Assembly (NCBI GenBank): GCA_977862235.1
Contig: OZ374562.1
Location: forward strand, 1,798,001-1,862,000
Reading direction: 5' to 3'
Length of the DNA stretch: 64,000 bases
Source: Dudresnaya verticillata
Lineage: Eukaryota
Part shown: positions 46,573 through 59,837 of the stretch, piece after piece
How the letters are laid out: every line of letters starts with the position of its first letter
How positions within the stretch are numbered: position 1 is the stretch's first letter
Notes under the pieces: generated by a model
The model's database searches: none
Seen by the model: the letters and a program-made list of their open reading frames with translations, nothing else
What the model was told of the DNA's origin: nothing
Program-made: the position numbers and the translations under genes

Positions 46573-49500
46573 GATTTGCGTGCCAGGGCTGGTTACTGCG
46601 GGCGCGCTTCCGCCCCCCTGTTTGCGAATGGGTTCTTCCGCGGCCGTCTCCGCCGTCGCCTTACCGATAGTCTTGGCCGAGGAATTGTTCCCCCATCACG
46701 GAGACGGCATGTCGGTCGGCAGTGACCGGCCTTTGACGCAAAGCAGTGCGATGTTCTCTTGTGCGAGGCATTTTGTACCACGATAGCAGTAAGGGCCTCG
46801 TCTCGCTCGGATCAGTGCCGTCAATAGCGCTGTTGAGTACGCGTCGCACGATCGTGAGAAGAGAAAGGGTGGGAGGTCAAAAGCGGCCTTTGGAGGCGGT
46901 CAGCGCAGCGCGGTGGAACAATAATATCGGGAAGAGAACGCAGTGGCCGCCGGAGTGGTTTCGTTGCTGAAACCTCGCCAGATAACCTCAGACGCTGTTC
47001 TGTGTGCATATGCGAAACGGAATCACCAGTGAGTGAGCAACGGTCTACCTATCGGTAGTCGTCCGACCCACTCGAAGGAGGCGTTTCTTCGTCCCCTAAT
47101 TACAACATCGCCTGGTCCCCCGGCATGCTTTCGGAACATTTGTGGGCTGCAGACAGTCGGTCACCGATTTGTGGAAAGTATTCTGCTTGTGAAGTGGAAT
47201 CAGAACGACTGGTGACATTATTCGCTGTCCCTGTGCACCGGACACGGTTCACCACGATTGGGACCTTGTACTAGTATTACCGGTGTACTCTAATAAAAAT
47301 CTAGAGCGAAAGCATCATCTGAGAGCCGGGTTCCGTCCACCGCCTCCCACACGCGTCGTACCCCAACCGCCCCGCTGCGCGTCTGCAAGAACGCCCTGGC
47401 CTCACTCGTCCGCTGAGCAAACCCCGCCTCCCCGCGCACTCGCCGTCAGCGCCGCGCGAGCCCTGCTCCGTCCCGCGTTAGCCTGTCTGACCACTACACC
47501 GCAGCCTGACCGCTTACTATGTCAGTTTTGGCTTTTGTACAACAGCTCTCGCAACTCGCCACTGCAACTATAGACGTGTATTCGCGCAAGCACTCATGCC
47601 ATGAGCTGCCGCTCTGCACGTCGAGGCATGAGCGAAGCTGTTAGCGTTGTCCATATCGCCGAACGTTTGGATTCACGCACCTGTCCTTGTTGTTGCTACC
47701 GAGAGCGAGCGAGCAAACCCGGCAGAGGGACACCAGCACCTTTTTGCAAAGCATCGACGAGTTGTGGAAGCGTGTGATGGGATTAGAGAGACTGTGGATA
47801 TGGCCTAGCAGCTGCATGTGGCAAGGTAGTAGAGCAAAGCTCGTTGCGTCCATAGCATAGGAGTGCGCCTAAACGCCCATTGCGCCGGGTAGCATGCACG
47901 TTTTTGGCTGCGTTGACTCTGTTCCTGGACCAGGCTTGCGTGGGATCAGGAAGTAGCATATACCTTTGTGAGAGGTATATGAGAAAGGAGAAGCGAGCAG
48001 GAAGCCTAACATGTTGGAGACCTCCTTAGTGCTTAATGCACCGGACACCGAATGATATCTTCATATTGCCGTTTGGCACGACGTGGAGGGTTGGGTCACA
48101 GCCGACGCAGGTAGCGGTTTTGTAATTGTAAATCAGACGCTCAGCCCATGATTCCGGAAAGGTCATCCGCACGCTTCTATTCCGTCCTACTTCGTAGTAA
48201 TAAACAAGATCTTGTCCCGTTTGCGCCACGGAAACGTCCTCAGCCCAACGCGTAGTGTGGTAGCTCGTAGGCACCAGCTGCTGGTTGAGTAACAGTATAC
48301 TATCACCAAAACAACCGAAGCACCACCAACCACGATACTTGTGCCCATATTCGACTCAACAACATTCGCAGAACAGACCGGAACAATCGTGCACAATCCG
48401 CCGCAATACCTGCTTTCCATACTATCTCGTCACGAAGCATGTAGTTCTCGAGCGGGACAAATTAGCTGAAACAAACGTGATGCCGAGATTTAACAATACT
48501 TTCTTTGTATTGTGGCGGAAAAGAGAGCAGTTGTAAAAGGTTTTAAGAAATCTCCAACTCGATTCACCCTGATATTTGCTTTCTACAAGTTGTGATCGTT
48601 CCATCTAGGGAGAGCAGGGAATGCTATGAAGATTGCACACAGTGTGGAACTGAAGAGAACCGGGCATTGCCATAGTAGGCAGTAGGAAACTGAACGAAAC
48701 TTGTAACCACTCAAGTCCCGAACGGACCTAAAGATTTCTCTTCTTCTAGACTAGACATTGACCTGTGTGTATGCTACCGAACGGCTCTAACTTGCGTTCA
48801 GACCACGAGATGTCAGCATATCCAAACAAGCAACAGCTGTACGGCAGCAACTCCACGTAAGTTCTATTGTTCAGCGCAAGGCACGTTTCTAGTACGAAAC
48901 CCCCTCTCTTAAACGCCCTAAACAAAGATAAGGTACCGAACCTCATGGGCGTCAGGTCGTGAGGAGTGCGATTCGTCGTCACAACTCACTCCGTGATTTC
49001 AATGCGTTGGAACGTCGTAAGTTGGGTCTCAGTCCTATTTGTGTTGAACAATCGCTAAGGATTGCAAATTTGCAATGGAACAACACCTGTGCACGTGCAC
49101 AGTGTTCAGGTACCTGAAACACAGCAGAGCACGGATTGCCGTACTCGCACCTGCAGTCGATTGGCAAGAAGGAGCCTGGTCATCCGAAATGGAGAGCGAG
49201 ACCGCGAACAGATGGTCGCGCAGGGCATGAAGTTTGCTGGCATGCACTTTCGTAATGGACGCTGGCAAAGCATTGCGCTCAACGGAAGCAATGCAAGAAA
49301 CCTGGGAGATAAAGGACGACGTGAACGGCTTTGATTTGTCTATATAGAAATGCTACGCGGGCGCATTGCTCCTGGGTACACAGAGCATGCATTTACAGTA
49401 TTACCACGGTCTTGAAACCAGTACGAAAACCGGCTCATCCGGAACAAAAGGAGAATTAATTGAATAGCTCAGAGATTTATCTTCGATTGGATGTTGTACA

Positions 49501-50702
49501 AGACGGTTGCAGGTGCGGGCTCGATGAAGAGGAGCAAGCCAGCTGGTTCAATTGTAGGCCAAACTTTCGAGGCTCATATCTAGTTGGATCAAGGTACGTG
49601 ATGGGAACTTGGCGATTTGCTTACTCTAGCATCTAGAGATGGGTGAAACGATGCAGTGAGAACTGCGGGCTGATGTTTTCGAAATCTTCTCTCATCGCGG
49701 ACCGGGATTCGGCGCCCTGGAAAGTTTCAGAAGATGGTGTGACGTTTCTAGGCGTTCAAAGAGAAGTCGATCTCAAGAACACATGTCGCGGTATCGTGGA
49801 GGATGTTGCGCCTCCCAAATCGCATCGCGTTCTACATGACTAGGACAGACTCGAACTTTCCTTCAATGTCTCATGACTGCTAGTTGTGAACAAATGCTCA
49901 TAAGATTGGTGTGCCAAGCACTGCGCCAGCAGTGGTGAAGATTCGTCGTAATAACACTCCATTTTCCTTGAAGATGCTACCTTGCGACGGGAGCATAAAG
50001 CCGCGCCAGCCCATTTGTTGTAACCGAATTTCATCCTTGTTCCCGATTGAGAACACTTTCATCAATTGCTGTCTCACCCCAAGCTGTTATTTGACACTGT
50101 TACAGAAAAATCGAAGACGTCGCACTGTGATGCACATCCCATTATGACTCAATCCACCTTAATCCTCGTCATCGCACCCTGCGGCTGGTGGGGAAAATCT
50201 GCAGAAACTTTATCATTGCAAATGCTACAGTGTAGCAGCTGCACCGACTCTCGAAAGCCATTATTTATCCGCCGTCCTATACCTGCGATGATAGAGAAGG
50301 CAACGGTTTCAGCGCTGTCAATAACATGAATTGACTTAAGTGATATGCATCTATATAAAGGGAGATGACTGGGACTGGGGTCTCTCATGCAGAGACAAAA
50401 TGCTACCTACAGACCCAGCCCCGCTGGCGCTGGTTGAAGAGGTCCGCGCCCTGCGCGCTGAGCTGGACGAGGCTCGCGCGCTGGCTGCGGAGGAGCTGGA
50501 CACAACTGTCTGGCTCCGGGTCCAGATGATGGGGTGGGATCGCGACATGATTGCGAGGGCTGGCCTGGTTGGAGAGGGGGTGATGCGAGGGGCTGTAGCG
50601 GTGATGGCTCTTTTAGGGTGGGAAGTGCCGGAGGAGTGGACGGTGGAGGACCCCGGCTCAGCTGTGTAAGTAGCAAGAACAGGAAAGGGGTTAGTTGAGA
50701 AT

Positions 50703-51249
50703 CGGGATCCACGGTGTGCACGAGGGTGGGCAGCCACGACAGCAGGTTTTGCCCAAGGAGTTGTGCGTCGCGGGGCGGGGCGGGGGGCCGGTGACGAGGC
50801 TGTCTGTATACGGTCGCGTGCGCATTTTAGCACAGACGCGCAAAGCACAGTGCACCCATTGCACCAGAAAGCCGAAAAACTGGTGACGGGGTAGTCTGTA
50901 GGCGGCGCCGAGCACGCGCGGGGCGGGCCAGATGGGCGATGCGGCGCGCATGCAGTGCGCGCGGCGAGGGGCATGCTGCGGGCCGGCAATTTCCAATTTG
51001 GCCCAGTGCGGACCGCGAAGTGGGTCGCGCGGGCCAAATTGACGCAAGGAAATTGAAATTCAGAATACCTGGAAATATTTTGGGTAAATTCACGCAAACC
51101 GACATAACTTTCGAAGGAATGGTATGTTAGCCAATCGGATTTCACCACCGTACTCAGGGGATGCTCCCGTTTCCAACGATACCAGAAAATAACTATTCGA
51201 CTCCAGTCTGTTTAGAAAGTAATATTCTGAAATTGCTCAAATGCGTGTT
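50703..51249 (-). repeat. Right TIR (about 547 bp)
   Basis: Reverse complement of 36623-37170. Confidence 0.93.
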
Positions 51250-54200
51250 GTAGACCGATGCACGTGGCAATTGTACGAATAAACTAACGCGGAGGCATAG
51301 CGGTCCCAATCATTTTGGTGGTCGTTCACGTAGTTACGAAGCATCGCGAGGATAGTGCGGTTATATCGTTCGGTTTGGCCATTGGTTTGCGGATGATACG
51401 CGGAAGTGAATTCGTTCGATAACCCGAGTAAGCGACAGACGCCCTGAAAGAACTTCGAAGTAAACTGTTTCCCGTTATCCGAGCGCACCGAGGCTGGCGG
51501 TCCATACTTGAATATCCAAACTTCGCAAAAGGCAACGGCCACGTTATACGCGGTTATTACTCGTAGTGTGGCCACCTGGGTCAACTTCGTAAATCGATCC
51601 GTAATCACGAGGATGAACTTGCGTCCGGATTTCGTTCTTGGCAACGGGCCTAAGATGTCAATCGCGACCGATTCGAGTGGGAGCGTAGCGGGGAAGAGCT
51701 TCAAGCGATGAAGATTCCTTCGGAGACGGATTCGATTCCTTGCGCAGTGTTTGCAATTGCGAACCGTGGATGCGATATCGGCTGCCATGTAAGGCCAGTA
51801 ATACGTTTCACGAAGTGAGTAGAACATGCGATTCTGCCCCGGGTGGCCAGCGAGTAACGAGTGATGAGCTAACGTAAGTAGCCGTGGTCGGAGCGTTTCG
51901 GGCAATACTATTTGCGTTAACTTCGGAATTTTCGGATGCGTTCGTCGCAGGAGATCGTCTCCATCTTCGTGAAAGAGACTATCCTTCGTTTTAGATTGTC
52001 TTGATTGCACCTTTTGGCAGAACGAATCAAGACGTTGTCCTTGGAGGATTTCGGTTACCGTAATCGGTGCAGGTATATCTACCGGTTTCACGTCGGTGAG
52101 GTCAGGCGGTTCTTCGTTGGGGTCAATTCGATAAAGGTCAAACGGATCATCGTCATCGATATCGTCCCATAAATCGCAGTCATCGTAGAAATCGTTTTGT
52201 CCTGCGTATTCATCACGTAGTTCTGCGTCGTGTTCGTGTTGGCAGCCTTCGTGGCACGTATGATTGCGGGGTTCGGAACCCGTGGTGATCTCCGTGGGTC
52301 GTGGCGTATTGCCTGCGCGATGTACGCGTTTCATGGGGGTAGTCTTTCGCGTAGAGTTGTGGTGAATCGCGGTGGTCTTCGATTGACGTTTGCGGGATCT
52401 CGTAGTAATGAGAACCGGGTCTCTTTCGTTTTCGATGGTTTTCGTGATGTCGTTTCGGAAACGTTCTTCGTTCTTCGCAGCAATTTGATCCGAGTCAAAC
52501 GTAGGAACTTCGTCATCGATTGCGGGTTGTTCGCGATGCGGAAGTAGCAATCGCGAGAGGTCATCGGGAATCTGGTGCACGCGACCGGGGCGATACACGA
52601 TTTTGAAGTCGAATTCGGCTAAGCGCAGCCTCCATCGCGTGAGTCGCCCGGACAAATCGGTGAGAGAAAGAAGCTATCGGAGCGCATCGTGGTCCGTACG
52701 CACGGTGAACCGGGTCCCTTCGATATACGGACGCAACGAAGTAACCGCCCATACGACTGCGTAGCATTCGCGCTCGGTTGCGGAGTAGTTATTTTCGGCA
52801 TCGTTTAACGAATACGACAAGTAGCCCACGGGTTGGAATTCTTCTTTATCTTACTCCTGTAGCAATGCGCACCCGAGTTGATACGCAGACGCGTCCGTAT
52901 CGATTATTTAACGTTTCCCTAGTTGCGGTAACCGGAGTATCGGCGGTGACACGAGCTTCCGTTTGAGCGTTTCGAATGCGGTAACCTGATCCTCCGTGGG
53001 ATTCTCGTAGTCGAGATCCGCGTCCTTTCGTGTCATGTTCGTTAACGGTCGCGCAATTTTCGCGAAGTCTTTCACGAATCTTCGGTATACGTTACACGCG
53101 CCGAGGAACGAACGGAAACTTCGCGTATCGGAATTCCTCGGAGCTCTTCTCGGCCATACTCAGATTCCCCGGGGAAGTACGTGTCCGAGATAGTCGACTC
53201 GCTTGCGGAAAAGGAAGCACTTATTCATGTTGAGCGAAACCCCGGAGTTACGAAGTAGCGTTAGGACTTGGTCGAGATTCGCGATGTGTTCACGAAGATT
53301 CGCGGAGAAAACGATCACGTGATCGAGGTAAACGAGACAGCGCTGCCAACGGACTCCGAATAGAATGATATCGAGTGCACGTTGAAACGTAGCGGGCGCG
53401 TTTTTCAATCCGAAGGGCATACGAAGATAAAGATAAGTTCCGAGAAACGAAGTAAAAGTAGTCTTGTCGCGGTCTTCCGGGGCAACCGGAACCTGTCAGT
53501 ACCCGCTGTTACAATCGAGCGTCGATAAAATCGAAGCGTCTCCGAGTGAATCGATACAATCTTCCATCCGGGGAAGCGGGTACGCGTCGGATAGCGCCTT
53601 CGTATTTCGTCTTCGGTAATCTACGCAAAAACGAAGTGTTCCGTCTTTCTTCGGTGCGAGGACTACGGGGGACGCCCACTCCGAGGTGGCTGGTTCGATT
53701 ACTCCGGCTTCGAGCATACTGTCGATCTCGTTACGGACGATTTCGCGTATTGCGGGCCCTCGACGGTAGGGCATCGAACGAATAGGTCCCGTCCCGGGTT
53801 GTAGATCGATCCGATGCTCCGTGGCTGCGATCGTTCCGAGGTCTCCGTTCCACATCGATTCGTGCTTACGTAGCATCTCGAGGACCTCGTTACGCATGAT
53901 TTCATCGGGTATGTTCGAAAGGTCTACGCTTTCTTCCCAATCGCGGGAATTCGAATTGGCTTCGGCTGCTACAGTCGCGGCGCCCTTCGTGAGCGGTTTT
54001 CCTTCGTGGATACGGATTCTTCGGGTGACTTCGAGTCGTCGTGCTCAGGTAACGTAGAGATGTTGAGCACCTTGGCGAACCAATCCGCGACTTCGCGATC
54101 GGGTGTCAAAATCGCGAGCGGGTTTCGAGCTGCGTATCCGATGACGGTTCCCTTCGGTAGGGCTTGAGGCTTATCCGTGAAGTTCGCCATCAACACCGAA

Positions 54201-55087
54201 AACTCGCGATTCGGGCTGACTTCGTGTATCCCGTTCGTTAAACGTACTCCGTGTCGGTGTTGTAACGAAGGTTTCGGTTCGATATTAATTAGCCCGAGTG
54301 TTTCCGAAGTCACGGTGACTAGCTTCTGATAATAACTCGGTATTGTGACGCGGCGGTTCAAACGAATGGTGCGGGTGTCGCGGTCCCAATCGTGGAGCTC
54401 GCGTTGATGTCGCTTCGATAGCGTTTTCTCGAATTTCTGCTTCGGATTTTTCGAATTAATTGCGGGCGGAGCCGATCCAGCAATGCGATTGATAATCGGA
54501 ATCGTGCTTCCACTCTTCGTGATGAGCCTCCGTGGGCTGAGCTCGATGCTTCGTAAATGCGCGTCCATACACGAAGTTCCAAGGAGAACGTCGACTGCGA
54601 GTTTCTCCGCAACCACGAAGGGTACGCGGCATCGAACGTTCCCAAGGCGGACTGTCAGGTAAACGATACCATCGAGTTGCAACGGGGTGCGATCAGCGGA
54701 CGCGAGTCTCGGAGCTGATTCCATCGTGGACGCGTTCGCTTCCCAACCGGTGGGTAACGCAGCCCGGGCTATTAGGTTGTAACCGGAACACGTATCGACT
54801 GCAATCGTATGCGGCATCAACACGGAGGCATCGAGGCCAATGGATCCGGTGACGAGGAAGATCTCCGAAGTCATGAAGCAAATGTATCCCTCGGTGGTAA
54901 CTTCGGGTTCGATCTTCGAGATCGGTATCTTCTTCGAATTGTTTTCGCACGAAGCTTCTTTCGCGAGGACTCGACATCGCTTTCGGTCTCGCCGTCGTGC
55001 AGCGCGCTTCCTTCGCATCGCAGCGGCTCTCGGAATCGGAATACGCAGAGTGTATCGGGGAACGGATTCAGACGAAATACGTGACAC
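51250..55087 (-). pseudogene. pol: Gypsy-2 pol (protease, RT, RNase H, integrase core), multiply disrupted
   Basis: IAVDTCSGYNLI; LRFCVDYR, MPFGLKNAPATFQR, YLDH (mutated YLDD); GHPGQ, SDNGKQF, NGQTERYN. Confidence 0.92.
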
Positions 55088-57497
55088 AACGGGCGTCTTC
55101 GCCTTTTCTCGTTTTCAGAACTCGAACTAGAATCCGAATTACGAGCATCCACGTCCAATGGGGTGATTGATCGATTACCTCTTCCGTTATTCGCGGAGTC
55201 TTTGTAAACCTCCGAGGGCAGGTTCGGGTGACTCGGCTCAATCGCGTCAACGTTTTCACGGACTGCGAGAACCGGTTGACGGCCCGGGGCTTGCGCGTGT
55301 CTCGGATTGCGGAGGACGGTCGGCGGCCCTCGACGCTCAAAGCTGACTTGACGCTGGGCTCGGTCCCTCGGGTAGCGCGTATCGCCTTGACGAAGATCTT
55401 GGTTTACGCGATTGTCACGTGATCCTCGGGAGCCTTGTCCACAGTGACCTCGATTGTCAACGGACGCGAACGAATTCCCTCTTGCGGCACCGCGATTCAC
55501 GAAGTTATTACGCCTATACGGTCTCGTCTCGAGTTGGTACAAGTAGTTCTGGTACGCGCAGTAGAGTTTTTGCTCCTTCGTGAGATACGGAAACGAATAC
55601 ATCAGGTGACCGATTTCGCGACAGAACCAACAAGGCCACGCATCTTGGTTCTTCGGGATCATCGAACACGCCATCTCGATTTGCTCCGGGGTCATCGTGG
55701 GGATACGCGCGGGTACGAAACGCTCGATGCGACTCGTGAGATCTAACGTATCGTCCACGGAGCCGTTGTCGAAGTAGTCGGTGTAGCGGATGTGGACCCG
55801 GTTCCTGAACGAATCATCATCACGGCCACTTGCGGATCTTCGTTCATCGGGTACTCGAACTCACTCCCGGGAGTATCGCAAGCTTCGATAAGCATCGTGC
55901 GTCCGGGCGATTGACGACTCTTCGAATACGTAGGAGACACTCGGTTCTTCGAATCACGCGACTGTTGGGCCGCGGTGTCACGTTGTTCGTGAGCTCGGAA
56001 TGTCGTGCCTTCGGCTTGCGCGATTCGTTGCACGCTCATAAACTTCTTTTGCTCGGACAGCAGTAGGCGTCGTACCTGGTCGGCACGATAGGATAAGTAG
56101 TAGGTAGTAATCCACGAATAAACTGGTGCGAAAACGAAGAGTCATCGTAGACACCAGAGCAGACATCGCGTAGCCTTGCAAACGAGTCGCGAACTCCATC
56201 TCGGTTTCATCGGCTTCTGCTTCGTGGTTATCACGCGATCGTGTGCGTCTGCGATTACGTCTTCCGTGATAAATCGTTGCAGTAACACGTTCACGATCGC
56301 GGACCAGCAAACCGAGTTGCCCGTACGAACGCCTCCGAAGGAATAGTGTTGATACACCTTGAGCGCGGTCGCATCGAGAAACCACGAAATCGTACGAACC
56401 GCTGCTCCTTCGGTGAGCCCGACTCCGTTCAGCGCTTGTCGAATATCACGAAGAAATGCGAGAACCTTAATCGGATCGCGTCCCGTAAACTTCTCGAGTC
56501 TCGGCATCATCGAACGCGCGCGAAACTGTTTTCGACGTGTTACCTCGGAATACATGGTGTTAGTTATCCCGAGGTGACGAATTCGTGAGTCGATACGATC
56601 GATAGCTTACGGCCCGCACGAATTCGGGAATGAGCGTCGGTATCGGTTCGACGCCCGGCTCGAGCGGTCCCCAGTGCCAGAACGATGACACGGGTCCCGC
56701 GAGCGGAATACTGCAGGGTTGATACGGGGGTTGTCGGAGGCATCGGTTGCCTGATGCGATAAAGGGTGCGGGGACGGATTCGGATACGTGTTTTTCGGTA
56801 ACGTAGATTGGGCACCCGGGCCTTGCAAGGGCTGAACTAGCGGCGAATTGCGGGGGTCAGGACGGGCATCGGGACGATCTTCGCGACTTCGAGACTTTTC
56901 CTTCGGTAACGCTGCGGACACGATGTCACGAATAGCGTTCAACTGTTCCTCGGAGAATGCGTGCGAGCTGCGAACGGGAAGCGAGGGACTCGCCTTGCCC
57001 ACGGGGGCGGATACGTTGCGCTCGAGCACGAGAAACCGATTGCTGACTCCCGAGACGAGATCCCGGAGACTCTCGAGTGAGTCTTCGATCCTACGGACCT
57101 TGCCAGCGCGGAAATCGTTGAACTCTGCGTGAACTCGATTATGCGTATTACCAATTGAAAGCTGCGTGATACGGTACGCGGTGGAAAGCGCATCGATGAC
57201 CTCTTCGTAGAGTAAACTTAGTTCTGCACCGGAGACTTCCTTCATCGAGAAAAGTCGATCGACGGTATCCGAGGGAACGATTTCCAACGGAGTGTACGTA
57301 TACGAAAGGTCGGACTGGCTACCGTGAGCCTGCGAACGCGAGTCTGTGCGAAGATCGGGTACCGTTATTCGTAAAGCGCGAGTGCGAGAAAACGGTTCTC
57401 GGTCACTCGCGTTCGAGTCGAACAACGGGAACTCCGGAATCGGTACGTCATCGGGTTTCGGTACCGGCGAATCGGGACGACTCGGAGCGTGAGACAT
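54871..57497 (-). pseudogene. gag: Gypsy-2 gag, multiply frameshifted
   Basis: KFTGRDPIKVLAFL...GLTEGAAV matches Gypsy-1 Gag; degenerate knuckle CWFCREIGHLMYS. Confidence 0.82.
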
Positions 57498-57568
57498 CGT
57501 GTCTCGGATAGAAACGAATTACGAATAAATGCGAAACTTCGGGACCACGTTCTAGGTCGGGAGACCAG

Positions 57569-58407
57569 TGTGGTATAACGACGTCCACGGTGACGCGGGG
57601 AAGTCTCGCACTGTAAGGAATGGCCTCGGAGCCTAACGTGTGGCCTCGTAGCCTAACAGAGAAAGCAAAAGGGGTGGTAGCGTGGTAGACGCACCAACAC
57701 GAAGGACCACGGTGTCAACGTATTCGTGTGCGGAAGGGAGAACTCGAGCGATCGATCAACGGGGATGACTCCGGGTGCGCGGGGCTATCGAAAGCGAGGC
57801 TCGACCGTATCCGCAGTCACGAAGACGAAGACACCGAACTCGAAGAAACAGGCGTTTGCCGAAGACTCCGAGGTCCGGGCGCTAGTCGCTTACCGGAAAC
57901 CCTCGGAGGTTGTGCCAGACGACTGGCTAAGTAATACTACGTGAGCACGAATACACGTCAACGCGGGAGACGATTCGTACTCGAATGATTCTTAATGGCC
58001 TCGGTGCCAACGAACGGTCGTCTCACGTATGGTGGCGGTTACGAAGTGCGCCAGCGATGCATACGGAGGTGCGCGCGCGTCGTGGGCCGCAGTGCCGTTA
58101 CGCGCAGGAAACAACGGGAAGATCAAGAAGGTGTCAGCGATTTCCTATCGGGGCGCACTGTAATGCGAATGCCATCGTGGCGCGCGCGATCACGAAGTCA
58201 GCTCGGAAATCGTCCGGAGGTGTCAGCGATTTCGTATCGCGTGCGTGCTGTAATGCGAATGCCATCGTGGCACGCGCAGAGTATGCGAAACTGTAATACG
58301 TTTGCCATCGTGGCGTGCGCATTCACGGAGTCACTTCGAAATTCGTATTTCTCGATTATTTTTCACGTAGACCACGGAGTCGTTTTCCGCATAGCGTCTA
58401 TACCACA
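57569..58407 (-). repeat. 5' LTR of Gypsy-2 (family C, 839 bp)
   Basis: TG...CA termini; adjacent PBS; inverted homolog of the solo LTR at 61994-62743. Confidence 0.92.
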
Positions 58408-59135
58408 TTTCCAGTGCATTAAGTTCCTCATGAACTTGCTTACGACGGACACGGGTAAATTCATAAGGAGAAATATTTTCGAGTTTGAAATCAGCAGATA
58501 TAGAAACCATACCCTCGTTATCTTGTGTAATTTCGAGTCCGAAGAAATAAAATGTCCCCGGTAGCTGTACAATAGTTCCTAGGGTCTAAAGTTTTTCAAG
58601 TTCCTTGATAAACCATTCTCGAACATTTGACCTTCCAGAAATTAGCAGATCGTCCACCACTTTGGCAACCAGCAGAACAAGAACTTGATTCTCCATTTTG
58701 TAGAACAACTGAGGAACATAAACAACCCTTGAAAGGCCCATTTCTGTTAAAGTACCATCGGAATGATGTTGCCATTTAGCACTTGCGTTCACTATCCCGT
58801 AACTAGCCGTTAACAAAAGCCAGTGGAATGATCAGTTAGGACACTCATGCAGTGGTATGAAATATACATCTCGAGTTGCTGGTCCCGACTGTAAGAAGGC
58901 ACTCTTGACATCAATTTTGCTAATGAACCATCCGACAATTGTTGTGATAGAAAGTAATATTCTAAATCCCAGAGGAGAGCAAGACGATGAATCAGTCTTC
59001 AAATTTGTCTTCTCCTTGTCTTTGTTGCCATGTGGGGCAATGCGAGTTTTGCCAATCTTAGAACCATCATCCAAAACCTTGATTTTGTACAGTACATGGC
59101 TGGAAATAATATTTTCATTACTAGGTGTGGCATAG
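58408..59135 (-). pseudogene. Decayed Copia pol, RT part
   Basis: KTRIAPHGNKDKEK, KIDVKSAFLQSG, LLTASYGIVNASAKWQ, VAKVVDDLLISG; frameshifted and truncated near 59135. Confidence 0.87.
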
Positions 59136-59229
59136 ACGTCAGGTCGAACTGACGTCTAGCTGCGCTGGTCGATCAGTCGCACCCAGACCCGTCGAAGGGT
59201 GGTAGCTGTGGTGGTAGAGCGGTGCCACA

Positions 59230-59630
59230 GTAATTATTAACGCTAGCTACGATAGCTTAGAATAGGAATAGCGGCGAAGGCGCTTTCGGCCTTCGCCATA
59301 TTTATTGCGCCCCTGACTAGCAGGGGTCTGCTGAATAGAACCCTACGGTGGGTTTCGGGTCTGTACCCTTTCTTTGGTCTACACGGGCTCATCGTACTCC
59401 CCCTTCCAGGTGCTTTACAAGTTTTAGCCTAGTACGGCTTTGTACTCTCCGAGTGTTAGGGTGGCGCTTCCCCTTTTTCCCTTTCTTTCAGGCACGCTAG
59501 CCTTTTTCCCCTTTTCCCTCAAGTCTCTACCAACTCTCTGTTGAGCTACCCTCGTTAGGGTGTGTGCACGCAAGGGACAGCTGTCCTTGCCGTTTAACGG
59601 GCTACTGGCTCGTCGCGCCATACTACTACA
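59230..59630. repeat. Truncated LTR family B copy
   Basis: Matches the distal 400 bp of 60468-61155, ending TACTACTACA. Confidence 0.9.
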
Positions 59631-59837
59631 ACCTGTAGCAGACCCGCGAGCCGCGAACTCGTGGCGCAACGAATTGTAACAAGCACGAAAGTTAGAATGC
59701 TTATGCTTTTGAAAGGAGGCTTCGGACTCCCAAACAACCTTGGGCTGCTCGTCTCCTTTGAGCTCACCGCTCTCAAATTTGGCGCGTAACAGGCCCACGG
59801 ACTGGGAGTTTTTTGTCAAGCGCGAAGCCCCGCCCAT
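59631..59837 (-). pseudogene. 5' remnant of a probable second (DNA-binding) ORF of the Harbinger-like element
   Basis: MGGASRLTKNSQSVGLLRAKFESG...PKVVWESEASFQKHKHSNFRACYNSLR; divergent from the transposase and cut by the LTR-B copy. Confidence 0.45.

Larger units (their letters stand above)
36623..51249. mobile_element. Large TIR DNA transposon (14.6 kb, Sola-like) with cargo genes
   Basis: Inverted repeats 36623-37170 and 50703-51249 starting AACACGCATTTGAGC; perfect 4-bp TSD GTAG; removing it restores the Gypsy-2 integrase HRSTKTTPF. Confidence 0.9.
34526..58407 (-). mobile_element. Decayed chromodomain Ty3/Gypsy element (Gypsy-2), interrupted by a 14.6-kb DNA transposon
   Basis: TSD TTTCC (34521-34525 / 58408-58412); 5' LTR 57569-58407; PBS 57550-57567; only about 32 bp of matching 3' LTR at 34526. 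Confidence 0.92.

Noticed and set aside
36623..51249. Polinton/Maverick interpretation of the long-TIR element
   Set aside because: No protein-primed polymerase, retroviral-type integrase, capsid or packaging ATPase is visible. The ends fit a perfect 4-bp TSD better than an imperfect 6-bp one.
58130..58325. CRISPR-like repeat array
   Set aside because: Only 2-3 imperfect copies inside an LTR, irregular spacing, eukaryotic context and no cas genes.
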